Of a stretch of DNA of 64,000 nt, positions 40,219-52,343 are shown piece by piece. The position numbers were made by a program, and so were the translations under genes. The stretch is taken from positions 2,604,001 to 2,668,000 of the forward strand of contig JBLDXI010000009.1 in the NCBI GenBank assembly GCA_047495785.1, read 5' to 3'. Source of the stretch: Lepidodermella squamata. Taxonomy: Eukaryota; Animalia; Gastrotricha. The notes below the pieces were generated by a model that ran no database searches, was not told the DNA's origin, and saw only the letters and a list, made by a program, of their open reading frames with translations. The number at the start of each line of letters is the position of its first letter. Positions within the stretch are counted from its first letter, which is position 1.

Positions 40219-41981
40219 TTAAACTGGAGGAAAGAAAATCACTGACAGTAATTCACTCGTATAATTGCCGCTGACGTAATGGCCAAGACTCGCATTTACC
40301 GGCCATTGGTGGACAGGCCAGCGGTTTATCAAACCCGGCGTTTTCGGCGGTATGATTGAGAAAATTACAATAGGAGTGATTATCACAGCTAATACGTAGC
40401 AAGTCATCGCGGTTCTGTCTATGAAAGTTATCAAAGACTCGCAATTAATCAGTTCCTCTTGTTGTCCGCTTGAAGCTTTTCCTTTGAAAACGCATCGGAA
40501 AGCCCACGGCATCGGCTAAAATGGAAAATTAGAGCTTCTCGACGATTTGAGAGCAATTTTGAATATTACTTTTGATTTTCTCAGTCGGTCCAGGCAATAC
40601 AAGTTGACGCCATAGAAACAGATGAGCAATGATATGTAAAACACCTTGAGCAGGAGGTAAACTGCAAAGTATGGAGTGGTCCCACTTCTTGGCAAATCTT
40701 TGACTGCCGTTGTCTTTATTGCAGAAAATCACGTGATTTTCTAAGATTCCGTAATTGAACTTACGAGAAACACAGAATAAGCGAGAAGACACATGAAGGA
40801 AACGTGCAATCTGTTCGGCGAATCCACCTGAAAAGTTTATAATTTGACCTAGTTATTAGGGCATTTTAAAAATTGGCATACCGGAGTTGTGAATGTTCCT
40901 ATCTCAGCTATTGAAATCACGGTCGAGGGCACAATAAGGAATATCACGTAAAATGATGCCTTCCTGCCCAATTTAAGATTGAATTCAACCTGCCAGTGAC
41001 GTAATGTAAAGGATTCTGGAACGTTGATAGGGAAACAATACCCCCGAGTAACAACTTTATTTGACATCGGAGCCGAAGCATCGGCTGTATAAAGTTGCGT
41101 TGGCGGCAATGACGTTCCATTGATTGTTGTCCTCCATTCGGAAAAACGTTATGCTACGGGGGCTAAGTATCAGATTGACCTGATCTTCTGTGTAGCCAAC
41201 ATTCTAAAAATGGTCTCCCGAATTCAAGGTCATATTATCGCAGGAATTGTTATACCTCTATGAAAACTGAGCAACTCTGTTCATCGAAAGGGAAGTATGT
41301 TAGATCCATGCTGCAATCGATGATGATAGTCCGTTCCGGGAAAAATAGTACAGTTCCATCTGGGATCAACTGCGTTCTAATGCCTCGAGGTTTCATTAAG
41401 GCGAAATGATCCTTTCTGAGAAAACAGAAAAAGTTATCGACATTCAAAAAAGCTGAATTTTTCGAACGAGTTAACCACAGAGAGACTTGGCATCCAGATC
41501 AACTTTGTCGGCACAATTAAGTTTGCAATTTCATTGAATGGTTGGGGGTAATGAGCCCATGATAAATATTCGTCTCTCCAGACCTGATAGGCAACGATTT
41601 GGATTCAGGCTTCTCTTCCATAAAGGAACTCACAAAGTTGGCGTAACAGGTGATTATCATCGTTTCAGTAAGCTCTGACTGGCATTAAAATAAAAGTATT
41701 TTTCAAGCGTTGATATAAGGGAGATGTAAAGCACCAGTTCATTGATGGCGAAAATCGAAAATTCAATTTGAACTGTAACCGAAGTTGAGGAATCTTTGAT
41801 CGGCCGTCGAGATTTCGAGTAGTTTCTGAACAAAATTGAGCCCAGTGCTGTTTCTGATACTGAAAAAATCATAGCTAGACTTGACGCTATATCTTCGTAT
41901 CGCTTTACAACCTTCAATATATTCGCAGCGGCTCAATTCATTAAGGGTATTCACTACCAAAAGCGCTATAAGAACTTTCAT
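40219..41981 (-). pseudogene. Array module C: Cys-loop subunit (type 5) with in-frame TAA in loop C
   Basis: CSMDLTYFPFDEQSC; loop C exon reads YSRCFGSDVK*SCYSG (TAA at 41059-41057); the downstream exons I translated remain open. Confidence 0.75.
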
Positions 41982-42199
41982 AGCTGACAGGTATATGGCA
42001 TTATGCCACGGTTTAAAATAGCTAATTCCTAATCTCTAAGACCCGAAAGACACGGTCGGGAATTGACTGATTACGTCGTGGGAATATCATGATTTAGCTT
42101 TTATTGCATTTTCATAGCAGTAATTATAGCGTGACAACGAGAAAGCTGGTCAAAATATAGGAACGTTACTAGTTCGCATTTTATGAATTTTGACCATGA

Positions 42200-44162
42200 T
42201 CACAAGCCTTTCCGCCAATCAGGATGAAGCTGTCTGAACATGGGCGGGAAAACTGAGAGAAACAGAACTGCAGTCACAATGACGAAAATGCCATATGTCA
42301 CTGTAATAAATCGATCGACAACTTCGCTCAGAAGCAGCCAGTTGTGATGGCAGTGGAACTCAACCATGCATTTCAGATGATCACGGTTAAGCTCGTGGTG
42401 GCGTTTTTTCCCATCATGCTTATTGTTATCATGATGGCCGTGGTGATGGCCGTGATTGTTGTGATGATGGCTATCATTATGTTCCGCCGAACTATCCGAG
42501 CTATCGGAGCTGCTTGAGCTGTCCGAGCTATCTGAGCTATCCGAGCTATCCGAGCTATCGTGATGACCATGCTGGACTTCGTTATGGTGGCGGTGAAGTA
42601 GATGACTGTGACCGTCCTGATGATGATGAGAGTGGAAGTGCCCATGGCCATTTTTTTGCTTATTTTTACGGCGTTTTTTAGCTTCCTCTTCTTCTCGCTC
42701 AGCCAGGTCGAGCTGAGATGGTTTCGGTTTATCGCCGTGTTCACCAAATAGAACCATCGGCTCCGTGTAGAGCATTATGCAAGCATTTTGCTTGTCAAGC
42801 TTTTTCGCAGAAAGAATGTATCGACTAGCGAAATGAAGTAGGGCTTCTAGACTGCGATTCGCGGGGAATGCCTTAATCGAAACAGGTTAAATAAGTCATA
42901 CAGGGCATTTAGAGTACTGGTACCTGAAGCTTGATAGATTTGTGGTAAAAGAACACCCCGAGAGCTTGAAGAAGCAGAACAGCACAAATGTTAGCCTGAA
43001 ATAATCAAAACTAGGTTGACATCAGTTGTGATAAAACGATGAGACAAACCATCTGTAAGTCAAGATAAATGCTTAGATACGGCAGATGATCCGAAGAGTG
43101 AGGCATAATTCGCCCCATGGCGTCTTGGAACACTTGATAGGCCAGCAACACAGTCAGAGATAACTCGATTTTTCCGCAATCCTCATTCTGAATCAAGAAG
43201 CCAGTAAGGAAATGCAAACTTTGGGACAAATTAGCTTACGGGCAGCGGAAATGTAGCTGTTTCCACGATTGAGATGATCAGCAATGGAACAATGAAGGTG
43301 ATTATATAGTAAGTGGACTTGCGCCTAAGCGTCATTTCGAACTCGACCTGTAATTATGGCTTCAGAACTTCTAACATAAGGAATCCCGCAACTTACTGCT
43401 GGGTAGCATTGATCGATCGTACTTTCGTAACAATCCATAAAAGTCGACACCGAAGTGTTAGTTATCGCCCATTGCTCACTCACGCGAATCTTTTCCATAG
43501 AAATATTGCCGGCCGTAAAAGTTTGCAGAAACATGCCGTAAGCCCAGCTGGAATAGCAGGCTTGAATGCAGTTTTCACAAAAGTAAGAGCCTCACCTTTC
43601 AAAAACCATTCCGCACAGCTGGAATTAATAAAGGATTCAATAAGGAACTTGCTGAAGAAGCAATCAAGACTTACATGTTCGTCAAACGGGAAAACGCGGA
43701 GGTCAAAATTGCAAGTGAACGAGACTTGACGACCAGAGACGTACGTTACCCAGCCACTGCTTTTCACACTGAGGAACATCCTCCTCGATTGGGTGAAAAT
43801 ATACATATCGCCGCTACTATAGATTCAAAATATTCAGCATGCTTTTCTTCGGAAAAGACTAATAGTTGAAAAGACTTACTTGACCAGAGCAACATCAGGT
43901 AGCCAGATTTCGTTTGTAGCAAAAACAAGCTCGTCTGTTTCATTCAGAGGGGCGGTTTCGTTCCAAACCAGGTAGTCATCTTGCCATTCCATTTGCAAAC
44001 CAGCGGTCACTACCACCTTGCGATTTCTCTCGATCACGTCATCCAGAGAAAACAGGTCAACGTTAATTGTCACATCAAGCGGCAAAAACGCATTTTTCAG
44101 CGGCCTTCGAGTCACCATATAGTCTTTAAGTAAAAGGTCAGAAATATTCTTTTCCTTGTATT
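42200..44162 (-). CDS. Array module D: Cys-loop subunit (type 3) lacking its own signal-peptide exon; predicted C-terminal half of an E-D fusion; His/Ser-rich M3-M4 loop
   Basis: Begins at acceptor tgtttcag|aa TAC AAG; WLPDV, CNFDLRVFPFDEH|LC, ES|WAY, CYESTIDQC, ends HPDWRKGL. Confidence 0.88.
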
Positions 44163-44208
44163 CTGAAACATTCAAAATAATTAAAAAGAAACCAATGTGA
44201 CAAGCGAA

Positions 44209-46203
44209 CTAACGCCTTGTAACAAATGGAATTTCGGTTTCGTTACTTGACTCGGATTCATTAAGCGGTATATCAGCAATCATTGTCGTTGTTTCGAAGT
44301 ATTCTTGAGTTAAAGAACTATTCAATTGCATTTTAGTCGTCGTAGCATCAGAGCACGCCGGATTCTTCGTTGTTGCCTCTGTTGAAGTTGGCTCCACAGT
44401 AGTCTCGATAGGCCGAGCATTCCAATTGTACGCCGCTGGTCGCTTGATAAGGCCCGGGCTCACAGGCGGCAATAAGTAGAAAAAGACGATCGGTGTTACA
44501 ATGATCGCAATGAGATACATCACATTTCCTAAAACTTCGACAGCTCGGCTGAGACTGATCCATATCTTTCTACGATTTCGTGCTTTCTTTTTCGAGGAAG
44601 GCTCTTCGTCGTCATCTGACGATGATGAGTCGCGATCGCCAAACGCTTCTATTTTGGACAGAATCGAGGTGAATAGCCTGTGAATTCGAACATCCACAGG
44701 CTCGTTGATGATGCTGATATATCTTTCAGGATCGTATTCACCAAAGTGTTTCTTCATATACATTTCAAATCGGGCTACACCAGGCGCTCGTTTTACGGTA
44801 TGCCTGATGAATTGAGCTCTATCCAAAAAGTAGACAGCCAAACCCTGGCATATGAAACACCAAGCGATGTAAGCCGTACTCAAGTCCAGGTAGAGGCAGA
44901 GCAGGGGCAGCTTCTCGGAATTCGCTCTCATCTCATACTGGTTTATGGAGGACTGCATCATGGAGTAAGCCAGTAGACTCGTCATTGTTATTTCCATCTT
45001 TCTTGGATCGTCCCTCTGGAATGGGAACATTAATTGGAAAGTTAATTGGTAATTGAACTCCCTCACAGGCACAAGGATCGATGAAGTTTGCGCTATCGAC
45101 AGGATTATAGCAGGTAAAATTATTGTCACCAATGGAAATAGGGATTTTCTTCGAATTAGTAGAGTGTATTCCAGCTGAAATCAACTCAAATCTTTAACGA
45201 AAGAGATTACTAAGAGATATCAAATACCGCCGAAAAACAACGTTCAGTTGTGGTCGTACTCATGCAGTCGTTGTAGGCTCGACTCTCCGCCTGAATTACC
45301 GCCCATTCCTCGTTTTCCTCCAAACGATAGAAATTATAGGGAGGATCAAAAGGTGCCAGCTGCACCAATTCCACGGTATCACCACTCATCACAAAGTTGA
45401 AACCACACCGTTGCTCGTCAAACGGGAAGTACATCGGGTTTATGTCGCAAAATGTCGCAACTGTAGCCTCGGGATAGTACTGAGTTTTTCCCTCAGAGAG
45501 TAAAGCCATCATGAAACCGTTTGGTTTGATTAGGGCAGTTTTCTCTTCGCTGAAATTGAGAAACAGGAATATGCAAAAATTAAATCACAGCACTTTCACT
45601 CACGAATTGACAAGCAACATGTTCGGGACCCAGATTTCATGAGGGAACACAGTCAGACTCGGAATGGACTCGTTGTATGGATATAAGGAGGCCCACTCCA
45701 AGAATTCGTCGTACCAATAAATCGAAGGCGATGTAGTGGTGAGAAAAATAGCGTTTTTGATGTCCTGAGGCGAATTGAAATCGTCAACATTTCTATGAAT
45801 TAAAACGCTAACTCACGCATTCGTCAATTGAGTAGAGACTCAGCTGTATAAGCACTAGAATAGGTTTCGACTCGTCTTTCACTGGGCGACGTTCCGGGGA
45901 ATAGTTCGCCCATAAGATCCTTGTCAATTCCTGCTCCGATACTTAGTAAATAAGTTAAAATAGACATTCGCTGTTGATTAAAGGCGCAGGGAATTCCTTA
46001 CCTATTGGGGGAGAGCTCTCCTCAGCTTTTGTGCAGGGGTCTTCAGCCTGAGTATCGTTTGCGGAAGTCACGTTTTCAGGGCTGAGCGTTTCACCAATAG
46101 GCAAGGCGATAGTGGTATTTTCTAATCCCTCGGACTGAATTTTTGCTGGAAACAACGCAAATAATGCATACAATGCATTGAGCGTCCAAATTAATTTAAT
46201 CAT
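44209..46203 (-). CDS. Array module E: Cys-loop subunit (type 2) with ~85-aa Thr/Ser-rich post-M4 tail; predicted N-terminal half of the E-D fusion
   Basis: Signal peptide MIKLIW..., CDINPMYFPFDEQRC, CMSTTTTERC, four TM; its TAG lies inside a GTTAGT donor at 44213. Confidence 0.88.
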
Positions 46204-46283
46204 AATTCCTAAGACATAGTTGATACAAGTAGTTAATGAGTATGTATTCTTCGAATATCAATAGCTTGTAATAATTCATTGAA

Positions 46284-48126
46284 TTACGACGGTACTGTAG
46301 AGAAGAGTAAAGGCAGGACGTAGAAAATTACTAGGGGCGTCAGAGTAATACTTAGAACATAAATAACAAGCGTAAATCTGTCTACAACATCGGCGATAAA
46401 GAGCCAGTCGCGGCGGTTATGCCGGTAGATTACTTCCATTTTCTCGCGGGTCTTCTCGTCCATTTCAACTTGCTTGCTGACGTTATGGTCCATAAGGCTG
46501 ACAAAACCGCGCTCGTCCGGCTTGCCGAACAACGGGTGATCATCATCGTCCAATAAAGCGATTTCATCGGCAAGCTCTTCTTCTTCTTCCAGAGCTCGTT
46601 CCTCCATATCGGCGTTTTCTTTCGACACAAAGAGGATTTTCGCAATGCCTCGGGCTATTGCTCGAACTGCGCTCGGAACGGGTCGAAGGTGCTCGGCCTT
46701 GCCCAAGCAAATGAAGACCAACGCTTCGCCCAGCAGTGCGATACCGATGAAGGCCATTTGCAGATCGATGTACTATAAAACCTAGTATGAGAAGATTTCA
46801 AAGCGGTTTTGATTCCTTACGATTGACATCAGCGGCGTATGTTCGCTTGTCCGTGGCATATCGGCATTGATCGTTGTCTGAAAATGAAGGCATATTGGAA
46901 ACAGATCATCAAAATCATGGGCATGTGGCGTGTATGTCTCTTACCTGAAAAACGGCATAGGCTAGTAGACAGGTGAAAGATATGTGGACCTTCAAAACTT
47001 CCGAAGTCGGTAGGGCGAAAATCACGATTTCAACAATCGCAATGATCAAACTCGGCGCGATAATGTTAACATTCTGGAGAACACTGTCTTAAATTTTAGC
47101 TGGTATCAAAATGGAATGAATTACATAATAAGCTGCTTTGCGCCTGAAGTTGATGACGAATTCTATGCCAGATCTGCATCTTGCAGCTTTGCTTGTGGAA
47201 TTGTCGTCACAATGCTCGATTGTGCCATAAGCATGAAGGACCTCCCATTGTTCATTCGGAGTTAGACGGTCGAGATTCACTGCTTGCTCCGCCAATGCCA
47301 TGCTTTGCTGATTAGGAGGATAAGTCCATGATTCAAACCGCAATGCACAGCTCTGAAAATCGAACCTTTGAATAAAAGCCCAATTTAAATAGAAATAATT
47401 TAAAGACGGCTTAAGCTCACGGGAAGTAAGTCAGATCAAGCTCGCAAAATGACCGAATCGTAGACATAGGAATAAATTCAACTAGACCGTCATTCTCGAC
47501 AATGGCCAAGATGCCTGGGGCCATCATGAGGGCATACATATCACCGCTATTAACCAGTGCTACGTCAGGAGTCCAAATTTTTTCTCGCGGGAAAGCCATT
47601 TTTTGTATGACGTTGAAATTTTCAGTTTCATTCCAAACCAAATACTCATCTCGCCAGGTCTTGGGAGTAAACAAGGTCAGAGTTGCAGCTATTAAGGAGG
47701 ACTTTGTTAACTTACAACGCTCATAGCACATGTTACGCGCATCTCGTGGCTTTTCTCGATCTGTCGAAAGAAAACTAGAGTAAATCTTTACTTCCAGCTA
47801 GCTCTTACAATGTCGTTGATTGTGTAGATAAACATTCCTATTTTGACATCGACCGGATCAGTGACGATTTTTTTCGGCCGCCTCGTGGGAGAGTAGTCAG
47901 CAAACAAAATTTTTTCCAGCTGTCTTTCTGTTGGACCTTCAGCCTGCGTTTCATTGCTCGCCACAGTTTGATTACCTTCAATTGTCTCATTAAACGCAGT
48001 CGAATTGAGACCAGTCGTCAGCTCCACATCAGAGCTTTCCGTCGTAGTATTTTGCGGGGAAGTTCGGGGTAAGCAGCAGACTGCTAGCACTAAGCAAATT
48101 CTCAGACCTTGCATCAGGGATACCAT
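46284..48126 (-). CDS. Array module F: Cys-loop subunit (type 1)
   Basis: Signal peptide, RRPKK, WTPDV, CELDLTYFP|FD, ESWTY, CDDNSTSKAARC, four TM. Confidence 0.9.
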
Positions 48127-48669
48127 CAGTTAGATTGGAAAAAGCTTTCGAGTCTTGCGCAAAGGTTGACAATGATTATTCGAGCATAAATTAATGTTTT
48201 ACAAGCCACCAATGAAAACAACGCGACAAATTCGTCGCGAAAATTGCTATATTATCCGCTGCCTGGTGACGATGGCTCGAGCACCGATGATGATCTCGCT
48301 AAGACTCGCTAACGGTGCTATCTCGCCCTTCAGACTCGCTAAGCGTACATGGATCAATCCACAAAGTAAACAAATGTTAATTTTTTATGCAAGTTATAAA
48401 TGACACTTATTGAAACGTGATCGCACAGCCTGGTTGCTTGGAAACCTACCAGCACGGCAGGAAACGCTTGAGCACCTCGGAAAGTATTTAGGTACATATC
48501 GATTTTGCGACAGACAGTTTCGAAAATCATGATGATTATTACAATGTCACGTGCATCCAGGTAGTATTGAACTAAATCTCTATGGCCACACTTTCTCTCT
48601 ATTTCAATAAAGGGACAATATTTCGATACATCAACTTCGAACCCGGAAATCATACAACATCTAAATTTA

Positions 48670-50370
48670 TTAAATTGTTGCATTCTGAGGCCATTGGTAA
48701 ACCGGCCATCGCTTGACGAGGCCAGGGCTGCTTATTGGTATAGCGAGGAAAAAAGCACAAGGGGTAATTGTGATAGCTGCTGAAAAAAGAACAAAAGCAG
48801 TCGAGTCAATGATTGAGACCATTGAAAGCCAATTGAATCGTCTTTCTGGATCTTTCTGGATCGTCTTGCTTGTTACGAAATACCAACATTTCACTGCACT
48901 CCGAATAATCAGAGGCAAAGGCTATAATATAATTGTTACTGATTATCAGGAGTTGGAAATTCGTGTGGATACCTTCTTTAACTTGTGTTTTCCGAGGCAA
49001 TAAAAATTGGCTCCGAATGAACATGTCAGTAGAGCTATGAACGAAGCCTCAAGAACTACGTAAATGGAGAAGTAGGAAATGTCTCCATCCTTTGGCAAAT
49101 CTTTTGTGGCCGTCGTCTGTATGGATAAAACAAGTTGAAAATTAGAACGGGGAATGAAAACTAACCAAAAATACTGCATAAGCGAGCAAGCACATGAATG
49201 AGACATGCATCCTGTTCGCTTTGTCACTCTGCAAAATAAAAAAAAAATCCAAGGAAAAAAGCAGTAAATCGATTTTACCGGTATTGCAAACGTAGAAATC
49301 TGGGCGATAGAGATGATCGTTGACGGTATTATCAGGAAGACGCAGTAGAAAGCAGGCTTCCTCCCTAAATGCAATCGGAACTCAGCCTGGGATGAGGCAC
49401 TTCATAACGGCTCAGACAACATGAAAAATATGATACCCCAGAAAAGCAGGTTGGCGTATTTTGGCTGCCATTAAAGCAGCGGTTGTACAGCGATGTATTT
49501 GCTACCTTAACATTCCACTGGTTACTTGTTTCAATCCGAAAGAACAAAATCCCACGAGGCCCAATCACCAAGTTGACAAGGTCCTCTGTGTACCCGACAT
49601 TCTAATAGGAATTTATGTGTCGATCGAGCTTATAAGGGAAGCGAAAAAAACTTGCCTCGATGAAAACTGAGCAAATTTGTTCGTCGAAAGGAAAATACGT
49701 CATGTCAATGTCGCATTCGACGCTTATCGTACGTTCAGGAAGGAATATTGCGGTTCCATCAGGCATCAACATCACCATTATCCCACGAGGCCTCATTAAG
49801 GCAAAGTGATTGTCCCTAAAAGAAAAAACATAATGCTTATCTAGGTTCTTATAAATAAAGTATCAGCAAACGAGTTGACAACGGAAAGGTTAGGCATCCA
49901 CATGAGCTTTGTCGGGACAATGAGCATTGAGATTTCGGAGTAGGGTGGAGGATACGTGTCCCAAGCCAGGAATTCGTCCTTCCAAATCTGTAACAGGGGT
50001 AACATTAGTTGTCGAAAATAACTTCACAGGTGTTCTTCACAAGAATGACGCTGGTGGTCAAACTCAGTTTTCCGGTTTTCTCCGTCTAAAAACGGAAGGT
50101 TCATTATTGCGCTGTCTTTATGCACATGCTCACTATTTCGTCAATTGAATACATAGCCAACTCGATTTGGGCTGTGAGAACTGAAGCAGCATTTTTGACA
50201 GGGCGGCGAGACTTGGAGTAATTGGCAAAAAGTAGCTTTGCGAGGTGCGTCTCTGAAACTAGAACACGGAGTGGTAAGAATATCGTTTACATATCGGAAG
50301 CCCTAAAACCTTGCTGCGAAAACGTAGATCCTAACGTCAGCAATAATAGAAAATTTTGATGCAGAGTCAT
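48670..50370 (-). CDS. Array module G: Cys-loop subunit (type 5), close paralog of C
   Basis: MTLHQNFLLLL signal peptide, CDIDMTYFPFDEQIC, CFNGSQNTPTC, four TM, PGLVKRWPVYQWP tail. Confidence 0.88.
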
Positions 50371-50596
50371 AGTCGTAATAGAGTGTGTCAATCATTTGCC
50401 AGGATTCCGAAGACATTCTGCTTGTAAATTATTTAGGAAGGTAGCTAGTAATTGCCCTCTTGAGAGACGAATACCGTGAGTTTATCAATCCATTACTGTG
50501 GGTTCAATGATATACAAAAACCAGGCCGACCGTGATCCATTTGTAATAAAAGCGTTCGTCAGGTTAACAAATATCAGAGACGTCATTCCAGAACAT

Positions 50597-52148
50597 TTAT
50601 TGTCCCTTTCGCCAGTCCTTCGCAATATTTTTATGTGAATAGGCATCGGGCAGGATATAGAAAAGTGCAAAAGGCATAGCGATTAGAACAACAACGTAAA
50701 ATATGCAAATGATCCTTCGAAATAATTTCGTCAGAACAAGCCATTTAATTTCATTTGGCAATACGATGGTCAAGGTTTTCTTTTTCTCTGCCTTGGTGCA
50801 ATTTTTGTCGAACGTTGCTGGCCATGAATTTCGATGACCGTTGCTAATTGCGTGAGTGACGTATGCAGCTAAATCAGGCTGCGATTTTTCTTCTGGTGAT
50901 TTCGACGCCGCCGAAGACTTCTTGGCTGCTACAACGAAGTGCTCAATAGTTTTGTGTCCGAGTAAGAGAACTGCTGGTTTCCAGATCAAACGGAAATATT
51001 TTTCTGGGAATGGGCTTTTCGACTTCCCCTTGTGTTCGATCGCTACCATGAGAGCATTTCCAAGAAGCGCGAACGCAATCAAGGCCATTTGTGTGTCAAT
51101 GTAGTAGGACAGAAATCTGAAAAAATTAACTCAGTGAAAAGCTTGATAGACCTTTCGGAACTAACGGAATGTTATCAGATGTTCTCGGCATGACTTTTGC
51201 TATATTTTTTTGGAAAACTGTATATGAAACGAGAACGGTAACCGATACCTTGATTGCATTTGGTGGCTGAAAAAAACGGATACAGTATGCAAAATGAAGT
51301 TGTCAAGCGGTCAACCGACCGGGAAAGCTAGAATTGCCACAAGCTCAACGATAGCGAGGACAATTGAAGGAATCAAAACATTGACTGAAAGAGAAATCAG
51401 CTTTCAGCAGGTTTCAAGCTAGAAATCACTTACTGATATAATAAATTGGCTTCCGCTTAAGGTAGATGCGAAACTGAAGCGAAGCGAAGCTGGATTTGAA
51501 GTAGGTCAAATCCAGCGGGCAGAAAGCTTTCACAGTGTTGCAAAATGGCGAAGAAATGCTTCCATCTGAATGAACTTTTATCCCGCGGTCACCTGCCATC
51601 GTGAAGGCATACATGTCCCCGCTGTTGATATGGGCTATGTCGGGTAGCCTGAAAGGATCAAAAAATCAAATCGACACGACGGGAATAGGTTACTATAGGT
51701 ACCAAATCTCTTTCGAATCGAAGCTCACAGTCGAAGTCAAGTTGAATGGCCATAAATTGTTCCAGACCAAGTGCTCGTCAAGCCACTCCTATGAAACATG
51801 TTGAACTTTAATAAATTGAACAAGCTGTTTGCTTGATGAAAGTCTTACAAGATGCAAACAACTTGTGAGCTGAATCATTTGCTGCTTCTCAATCTATAGT
51901 TCAAAACGACCGCGAAGAGATGATAGCCACGGTTTTGGATTAGGTCCTCTTACGATTTCGTTAACTTGGAATAGCTCGAATCCTACTGTAACTTCCATCG
52001 GGGAAGTCGCGTTTTTTCGCGGTCGCCAATGTGGTGAATAATCCGCCATTATTCGTTTGGCCAGCTCTGTTTCTGAGTATAGGGCTACGTCATTAGCTGC
52101 GACGGTGGTGACAAGGCAGGCAATGATTACAAATTTCATGGGCATCAT
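50597..52148 (-). pseudogene. Array module H: Cys-loop subunit (type 4) with in-frame internal deletion of the ECD C-terminal half
   Basis: CPLDLTYF runs directly into KSSFASLQFRIYLKRK; the PFD..C, loop B and loop C seen in paralog B are missing; TM region intact, ends DWRKGQ. Confidence 0.7.
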
Positions 52149-52343
52149 AGTATTGATTTACTTCAAAGTCCTTTTTACAGAAATTGTGAAGCGATCAAGG
52201 CGATAACTGCAGTCACGGAATGCCTTGCACGCCGAGTCCCAATGACGGCATAGAGAAAACCAACGATTACACCTGGGGAGCAATGAAGAATCAGCTTAGC
52301 CATATTTTTTATTTTATGAACAAGTCATGTCCCGCAAAAAGTA

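Noticed and set aside
46204-46295. Possible F-to-E fusion (three-subunit concatemer)
   Set aside because: Candidate donors near F's stop are not in phase with the acceptor before E's ATG, and E retains a signal peptide.
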